Shown: positions 38,583 through 44,006 of the stretch, piece after piece | Layout of the letters: every line of letters starts with the position of its first letter | Position numbering within the stretch: position 1 is the first letter of the stretch | Source: Gemmatimonadota bacterium | GTDB taxonomy: Bacteria; Gemmatimonadota; Gemmatimonadetes; Longimicrobiales; RSA9 | Assembly: GCA_016207445.1 (NCBI GenBank) | Contig: JACQPS010000270.1 | Span: 1 to 44,006 of the forward strand | DNA length: 44,006 nt | Reading direction: 5' to 3' | Made by a program: the position numbers and the translations under genes | The notes under the pieces: model-generated | What the model was told of the DNA's origin: nothing | Database searches by the model: none | Seen by the model: only the letters and a program-made list of their open reading frames with translations

Positions 38583-39176
38583 TCACCGCTCGCGCCCCGC
38601 GGCCGATGCCTCGCCCACCACCTGCCTCACTCGTTCGAGTGTCCACTCGTCCACGACGCGTGGCGGCCACTCGCCGCGCCCGGCCAGCTCCACCACGCGC
38701 GCCGCCTCCGCTCGCGCCGCGCGCGCGTGGGCCGGCTCGAGCCAACCTCGCGCCTCCGCCTGCGCCAGCTCGTCCTCGTCCAGGACGGTGATCCCGCCGG
38801 CGTGGTCGAGCCAGACGTCGAGATAGAGGTCGGTGGTCTCCCAGCTGAGCTCGTCCAGGAACCGCACGGGAGTCAGGATGTTGGCGTAGATGCCGGTGAA
38901 GGTGCCGTCGGGCAGGTGAAACCGGCCGACGTCGTACCATGCACCGGGAAAGGTGAACCACACGACCGGCGAGCCGTCCTGCAGCACTGGCCGGCCGTGC
39001 ACGACGAGGTCGCGGGACAGCGGAGTGGCAGGCATGTAGCTCACGAGTACGGACGAGTCCCGGTGAACGAGCCGCTGGATGAAGAGCGCATCCGGGGCAT
39101 GCGGGCGGCGGTAATGGATCCGCACTTCTTGCCGCGCCGGCTCCCCCGCTGCGCGCGCCCGATCACGATGGATCAT
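38583..39176 (-). CDS. DUF402 domain protein (nucleoside di/triphosphatase-like)
   Basis: FPGAWYDVGRF...GIYANILTP...TDLYLDVWLD...VLDEDEL pattern. Confidence 0.75.
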   Translation of the reverse strand: MIHRDRARAAGEPARQEVRIHYRRPHAPDALFIQRLVHRDSSVLVSYMPATPLSRDLVVHGRPVLQDGSPVVWFTFPGAWYDVGRFHLPDGTFTGIYANILTPVRFLDELSWETTDLYLDVWLDHAGGITVLDEDELAQAEARGWLEPAHARAARAEAARVVELAGRGEWPPRVVDEWTLERVRQVVGEASAAGRER

Positions 39177-39183
39177 GAGGCCA

Positions 39184-39212
39184 GTTCGACTGTCAACTGT
39201 AAACTGTCAACC
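39184..39212. repeat. Single-arm family-1 heptad repeat overlapping the fadJ-like stop codon
   Basis: gttcgac-t-gtcaac-t-gtaaac-t-gtcaac-c. The TGA of the minus-strand gene (39207-39209) lies inside the last unit. Confidence 0.8.
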
Positions 39213-41378
39213 GAAGTCTCCGTAGAACCCACGTCCTTGCCGAACGTACTCCCGCAACAGCGCCGCCGGGTGGAAGCGCGGCCCGTGCTCGCGCTCGAGC
39301 GCCTCCAGCCGCTCCAGGATGTGGCGCACTCCCAGTGAGTCGGCGTAACGGAGGAGCCCGCCCCGAAACGGAGGAAAGCCGGTGCCCGTGATCATTCCGA
39401 GGTCGACGTCGCCCGCGCCGGCGACGGTTCCTTCCTCGAGCGCGCGGGCGGCCTCGTTCACCATCGCGAACACGCACCGGTCGCGGATCAGCGCCGCGGG
39501 AAGCCGTCGGCGCGCGGCCGGGACGCTCGCGCCCAGCTCCGCGTACAGCGTCTCGTCCGGGCCCTTCGATCGCTCCGCCTCGTAGAGGTAGAAGCCGCGA
39601 CCGCCCTTCTTACCGAGGCGCTGCGTCTTCTGCAGCGCCACCAGCGCGGGCGCGGGGCGCATGCGGTCGCCGAACGCCTCGTACAGAATCCCGGCGACGT
39701 GTCGGGCCACGTCCAGGCCGATCTCGTCGAGCAGGCGGAGCGGGCCCATCGGCATGCCGAAGTCCAGCAGGGCACGGTCGATCGCCTGGATGGCCGCACC
39801 CTCGGCGAGCAACCAGCCCGCCTCGTTCAAGTAGGGCGCGAGCAGCCGGTTGACCAGGAACCCCGGCCCATCGTTTACAATGAGCGGCGTCTTCTCGAGC
39901 CGCCGGACCAGCGCGAACACGGTCGCGACCGTTTCATCCGAGGTGGCGGCGCCGCGCACGATCTCGACCAGCGGCATACGATGCACGGGGTTGAAGAAGT
40001 GCATGCCGCAGAGATTCTCGGGATGGGCGAGCGCGTGCTGCATCTCGGTGAGCGAGAGAGAGGAGGTATTGCTGGTCAGCACACAGTCCGGCCGGGCGCG
40101 CGCTTCGACTTCCCGCAGGACCTGTTGCTTGACGTCCATGCGCTCGACCACCGCTTCGATCACCAGGTCCGTCGTGGCGAGGCCGGTGTACTCGAGCGTG
40201 GGCGCGATGAGCGCGAGCTTCTGCTCCGCTTCGCGGCGAGAGATGCGCCCGCGCTTCGCCACCTGGTCGAACAGCTCGCGCGCGTGGCGGAGCCCCTGGC
40301 CGAGTGCGTCCGCGTCGATGTCCTTCAGCCGGACGGCTACGCCGCGGTAGGCGAGGAGCTGCGCGATGCCGCCGCCCATGACGCCCGCGCCCAGCACCGC
40401 GACGCGCTCGACGGGCCGCGCGGGCGCGGGTGGGGCCGCTTTCTTCGCGCCCTCCGTCAGCCGGAAAACGTGCACCAGGTTCTTGCATTCGGCGGTCGTG
40501 ATCAACCGCCCGAGCGCGTGTGCCTCGCGCCGGAAGGCTTCCTCCAGCGGCGCGCTCAACGTCTTCCGGATCGTATCGAGTGCGACGAGAGGCGCGGGAT
40601 AGTGCCCGCGCGTTTCCCGCAGTACTCGCCGGCGCGCCTGCCACAGCAAGAAGCAGCGCCCGGGTGCGGTGTCGTCCAGGACGCGCTGGGAGAGGGAGCG
40701 ACGGCGCCGGGATCCGCCTTCGGCGTGGTCGATCCGCTCCCATGCCAGGCGCCGTACGCGCTCGAGCAGCAGGTTCGGAGGCACGGTCTGGTCCACCAGC
40801 CCGATGCGTTCCGCGCGGCGCGCGGAGATGGGGCGTCCGCCCAGGATCAGCTCGAGCGCGTGGCGCAGGCCGACCAGGCGTGGCGTGCGCACCGTGCCGC
40901 CGAAGCCCGGCAGGATCCCGAGCATCACCTCCGGGAAGCCGATGCGTGTCTCGGGCCGGTCGGTGGCGATGCGCCAGGTGCAGCCGAGCGCCAGCTCGGT
41001 GCCGCCGCCGAGACAGACGCCGTCGATCGCGGCAATCGTCGGAATCGCAAGCGCCTCGAGGCGGCGAAAGATGCGCTGCCCTTCCCGCGCCTTCGCTTCG
41101 CCCTCGGCCGCATCGGCGATGGCGCCGATCTCGTCCACATCCGCGCCCGCGATGAATACGCCTGGCTTGCTGCTCCGGATGACCAGCGCCTTGACGCGAC
41201 CGAGGCGCGCTCCTTCTTCGGTCTGCGCCAGCAGGGCGTCCAGCCGCAGCATGACCGGCGTGGTCAGGAGGTTGACTTTGCTCTGGGGGCGATCGAAGAC
41301 GAGCCAGGCGACGCCATCGCCGTCGACTTCCAGCGTCAGCGCCGCCTGGTCGGGAGCTACGGCGGGATGCGTGGCCAT
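39207..41378 (-). CDS. fadJ: Bifunctional enoyl-CoA hydratase / 3-hydroxyacyl-CoA dehydrogenase (FadJ/FadB type)
   Basis: ATG 41378 after AGGAAGG. Crotonase N-terminus (VFIAGADVDEI, GGGTELAL), VAVLGAGVMGGGIA NAD site, HFFNPV. Confidence 0.9.
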   Translation of the reverse strand: MATHPAVAPDQAALTLEVDGDGVAWLVFDRPQSKVNLLTTPVMLRLDALLAQTEEGARLGRVKALVIRSSKPGVFIAGADVDEIGAIADAAEGEAKAREGQRIFRRLEALAIPTIAAIDGVCLGGGTELALGCTWRIATDRPETRIGFPEVMLGILPGFGGTVRTPRLVGLRHALELILGGRPISARRAERIGLVDQTVPPNLLLERVRRLAWERIDHAEGGSRRRRSLSQRVLDDTAPGRCFLLWQARRRVLRETRGHYPAPLVALDTIRKTLSAPLEEAFRREAHALGRLITTAECKNLVHVFRLTEGAKKAAPPAPARPVERVAVLGAGVMGGGIAQLLAYRGVAVRLKDIDADALGQGLRHARELFDQVAKRGRISRREAEQKLALIAPTLEYTGLATTDLVIEAVVERMDVKQQVLREVEARARPDCVLTSNTSSLSLTEMQHALAHPENLCGMHFFNPVHRMPLVEIVRGAATSDETVATVFALVRRLEKTPLIVNDGPGFLVNRLLAPYLNEAGWLLAEGAAIQAIDRALLDFGMPMGPLRLLDEIGLDVARHVAGILYEAFGDRMRPAPALVALQKTQRLGKKGGRGFYLYEAERSKGPDETLYAELGASVPAARRRLPAALIRDRCVFAMVNEAARALEEGTVAGAGDVDLGMITGTGFPPFRGGLLRYADSLGVRHILERLEALEREHGPRFHPAALLREYVRQGRGFYGDFG

Positions 41379-41407
41379 GCGGCCTTCCTGCGGGCCGGCC
41401 CGGGCCG

Positions 41408-42181
41408 CTACAGCTTGGGTCGGACCAGCGCGTTCTCGCGCGTGAGCGGGACCTGCGTGGGATCGCCGCGCCCCACATCGACCCGCACGTTCCAGTACAG
41501 CTCCTGGTAAGGGAGCTCGTAGCGGGACACGACCCACCACTCCCCCGGATCGACCGGAACGCGCGCGATGCCCTGCGCGTCGGTCGTGTCGGTGTGGATC
41601 TGCTTGTCCAGCGCTTCCAGACGGACCGCGATCACGCTGTCCACGGGCGCGAACGCCTCGTCGGCCCACTGGGCCCGGCGCAGCCGGACCTCCTCGGAGG
41701 CCTGGTTGTAGCGACTCTGGAGCTCGGTGAAACGGCCGAACGCCGCGTCCATTCGCGACTTGCTCTGCTGTTCCTGCGGCTCCAGCTCCTGGAAGGCGCG
41801 GAAGCGGAGCACGTACTGTGCGTCGGCGCGGCTCAATCCCTTCATCTGGTCTACGAGCTGCTTGAGGCTGTCCCGCACCGCGTTCCAGCGGGATTCGGCC
41901 ACCTGCCACTCCTCCTGTGCGCGCGTGATTTCGTCCTGCAGCCGCACGAGCGAATCGGGAACGCTGGGCTCGGGCCGGTCGAACGCCTTCGCCAACGAGT
42001 CGAAGAGCTGATCGCGGTCGAACGGGAACAGGCGGATCTCGAGATCCTTCAGCGGCACCGCGGCGGCTTCGGCGTCATCCTGCTGCGCCAGCTGCGCCTG
42101 GACCACGAGTTCCCCCGCACCGCACGCGCCCGTGCCCGTGGCGGCGGCAGCGGTCGCGAGAACCAGCAGCAGTCGTTTCAT
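41408..42181 (-). CDS. Hypothetical lipoprotein with coiled-coil region and CarboxypepD_reg-like C-terminus
   Basis: ATG 42181. MKRLLLVLATAAAATGTGACG lipobox, Gln/Glu-rich helical middle. C-terminus TDAQGIARVPVDPGEWWVVS. Confidence 0.7.
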   Translation of the reverse strand: MKRLLLVLATAAAATGTGACGAGELVVQAQLAQQDDAEAAAVPLKDLEIRLFPFDRDQLFDSLAKAFDRPEPSVPDSLVRLQDEITRAQEEWQVAESRWNAVRDSLKQLVDQMKGLSRADAQYVLRFRAFQELEPQEQQSKSRMDAAFGRFTELQSRYNQASEEVRLRRAQWADEAFAPVDSVIAVRLEALDKQIHTDTTDAQGIARVPVDPGEWWVVSRYELPYQELYWNVRVDVGRGDPTQVPLTRENALVRPKL

Positions 42182-42317
42182 GGACACAATTCTCCCGGGA
42201 GACTGGTTTTCGTGGCGCCCATTGTAGGGGGCTCTCGCTGGTTTATCAAGCGACCACAGCGAACTGCGGGTGAGGGCGAGGGCGAGCGCGGGGGTGAGGG
42301 CACAGCGGGAACCCAAC

Positions 42318-42345
42318 GGGCGGGGGCCGGGGCGGTCCCCCGCCC
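42318..42345 (-). terminator. Candidate terminator hairpin after the M16-like gene
   Basis: gggcggggg-ccggggcggt-cccccgccc, perfect 9-bp GC stem about 60 nt downstream of stop 42407. Confidence 0.35.
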
Positions 42346-42406
42346 GTCGTGCTCCCGCCGTGCACCCGCCTTCGCCCGCGCCCGCGCCCCCGCCCGCTGT
42401 TGCTGT

Positions 42407-43591
42407 TTACCTCGGCCCCAGGATGGCGACGATGGGCTCCTCCAGCGAAGCCGCCGCGCGGCGCAGCCGGTCGGCGGTGAGCCGCCCGAGGCGCTGGGCC
42501 GGGGCGCGGTAGCGCCCCCGAAAGAACAGCTCGAGTGCCGCGTCCGCCGCCCGCGCCTCGGGCGTGGCCAGCTCGAGCAGTCGAGCGCCGCGGTAGCGGC
42601 GGAGCAGGGCATCGAAGGCGGGCCCGGGCAGCGGCGCGGCGGCCAGCTCCTCGACGGTCCGGCGCAGCCGGCCGACGCCCGCCTCGGCCCCGCCCGGCGC
42701 GAGCACGAGCTCGGCCATGAGCGCGGCGCTCGCGCCGAAGCGCTGGACCTGGATGCCGGCATCGAAGAGGTCCGGGCGCGTGGGCGCGGGCTCCAGCACC
42801 TCGGCCAGTCGGAACGCGAGCAGCCCCAGCGCATCCGTGTCGGGCGCCCCGATGACCGGGAACGCCAGCTCCGCCCAGGTCGTGACGCTCTCGTCCTCCC
42901 TCAGCAGATCGGCGGGAGCGGCCAGGAGGTCTGGATGCGGCAGCACGATCGGTCCAGCGGCGTCGCCCAATGCATGCCGGAGTACGGGATCCGCGCGCGC
43001 ACGATCGATCGGGCCCACCAGCGCTGCCGTCGCGCGCGATGGCAGGAAGCGCGAGTGGATCAGCGCGCTCACCTCCGCGGCGGTTGCAGCCCGCCACGCC
43101 TCGGGCGCCACGCACGCCGTGGGACCTGCCGCGGGCGAGCCGAACAGTGCCTCGGCCAGCGCCTGGCGCGCGCCGGCGACCGGGCTGCCCGCCTCGATCT
43201 GCGCGGCCCGCAGCAGCGCGCCGCGCGCCCGCTCCATGGTCTCGTCAGCGATGGGGGCCTGAAAGATGGCTTCGAGGAAGATCTCGGCCGCGACCTGCCA
43301 GTGCGCGGGCGCTGCCATGAGCGTGAACCGGACGAAAGCAGGTGCGCATTCGGTGGTTGCGCGGGCACCGAGAAACGCGAGCGCGTCGCGCGCCGATTCG
43401 ACCAGCGTCCGTGCCGCCAGCGGGATCAGTGCGCTGCCCGACGAGTCGCCCTCCCGCGGGGCGGTGCTCACGACCACCGCGAGCGCGACCGCGGTCCCGT
43501 TCGGCTCCGGCAGCGCCGTCCATCGCTGCTGCGCGGGCGCGGCCGCCGCGCCGGCCAGCAGGAGCGCCAGACAGGCGAGAAACCGACTCAC
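42407..43591 (-). CDS. M16 (insulinase)-like protein without HxxEH, secreted
   Basis: GTG start in a GTGA overlap with the upstream stop. Signal peptide LLLAGAAAAPAQ. Two-domain M16-like layout. Family call by eye only. Confidence 0.55.
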   Translation of the reverse strand: MSRFLACLALLLAGAAAAPAQQRWTALPEPNGTAVALAVVVSTAPREGDSSGSALIPLAARTLVESARDALAFLGARATTECAPAFVRFTLMAAPAHWQVAAEIFLEAIFQAPIADETMERARGALLRAAQIEAGSPVAGARQALAEALFGSPAAGPTACVAPEAWRAATAAEVSALIHSRFLPSRATAALVGPIDRARADPVLRHALGDAAGPIVLPHPDLLAAPADLLREDESVTTWAELAFPVIGAPDTDALGLLAFRLAEVLEPAPTRPDLFDAGIQVQRFGASAALMAELVLAPGGAEAGVGRLRRTVEELAAAPLPGPAFDALLRRYRGARLLELATPEARAADAALELFFRGRYRAPAQRLGRLTADRLRRAAASLEEPIVAILGPR

Positions 43592-44006
43592 GGCGAGAGC
43601 TCGACCGCGAGCGGGATCGCGAGCTCAAGCTCGGCCAGCAGGTTGGCGACCGCCCCCAGCTCGACGCGCGCGAGCGCGGCGCCGTACTCCAGCACGCCCT
43701 CGGCCGTGCCGGAGCGCGCGAGCTGTTCGGCGATGCGTCCGGCGAGGCCTTCTGGTGTGCGCGACTCGAGCAGCCACCTCGACGCCAGCGCCCGCCGTGC
43801 GTCTGCCACCTCGCCCGGCTCGAAGTAGAGGATGGCCTCTCGCACGAGCGAGCGCAGCAGCACGGCCGTGCCCCCGGGCGTGACGTCGGCCGGGCCCGCG
43901 CCCAGCAGCACGAGCAGCGGTATCGGCTCCTGCCACACCTCGGCGCGCGCCCAGCGCAGGCCCGCCCGCTCGAGGCGCCGCTCCAGCAGCTCGGCCGTCA
44001 CCTCCA
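43588..44006 (-). CDS. 3' part of an M16-like peptidase gene, truncated by window edge
   Basis: The open frame runs to the window end. C-terminal region resembles an M16 C-domain. Coupled to the downstream gene by a 4-nt overlap. Confidence 0.5.
   Translation of the reverse strand, partial: EVTAELLERRLERAGLRWARAEVWQEPIPLLVLLGAGPADVTPGGTAVLLRSLVREAILYFEPGEVADARRALASRWLLESRTPEGLAGRIAEQLARSGTAEGVLEYGAALARVELGAVANLLAELELAIPLAVELSP

Noticed and set aside
39207-41909. N-terminal extension of about 177 aa on the fadJ-like ORF, and the 744-aa plus-strand ORF 41594-43828
   Set aside because: The extension overlaps the upstream lipoprotein gene and is Arg/Gly/Pro-rich, while crotonase homology starts at ATG 41378 with a good RBS. 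The plus-strand ORF is antisense to three plausible genes.

Overview
Very GC-rich (third codon positions almost all G/C) bacterial chromosomal segment. I call 37 protein-coding genes. I found no rRNA, tRNA, CRISPR array, transposase or integrase. The phylum cannot be assigned without a database search, though the gene content looks like a soil-type Gram-negative (Gemmatimonadota/Acidobacteriota-like, a guess). Most of the window is housekeeping: inositol monophosphatase, a DAACS symporter, uvrA, two M16 peptidase pairs, a GT2 transferase, DinB, an amidohydrolase pair, gyrA, threonine dehydratase, two tandem alkaline phosphatases, a C26 amidotransferase, a DmpA-like peptidase, mtgA, HAD, a PRC-barrel protein, DsbA-VKOR, DUF402 and fadJ.

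The stand-out region is 18.6-29.6 kb, an apparent cyclic-di-GMP-centred locus. It contains: (1) a 1183-aa protein with an N-terminal GGDEF diguanylate cyclase (I-site present) fused to two tandem STAND/P-loop NTPase modules (the first has a degenerate Walker A) and a long TPR array; (2) two translationally coupled paralogous 3-TM membrane proteins, each with a CX5R cysteine-phosphatase domain plus a dead duplicate of that domain, predicted to face the periplasm; (3) a divergent secreted or anchored alpha-helical, glycan-hydrolase-like protein (possibly DUF3131); (4) a BcsA-like processive GT2 synthase ending in two PilZ domains, with no BcsB partner; (5) a putative outer-membrane beta-barrel.

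A second notable signal is two families of AT-rich composite hairpin repeats lying at or very near the outer ends of gene blocks. One is built from 7-nt GTYRACA units. The other is a nested 23-156 bp series with conserved TTCACCGC...GCGGTGAA termini and 9-nt CGCRRAGNN sub-repeats.

All functional calls come from motif recognition by eye. No searches were run.
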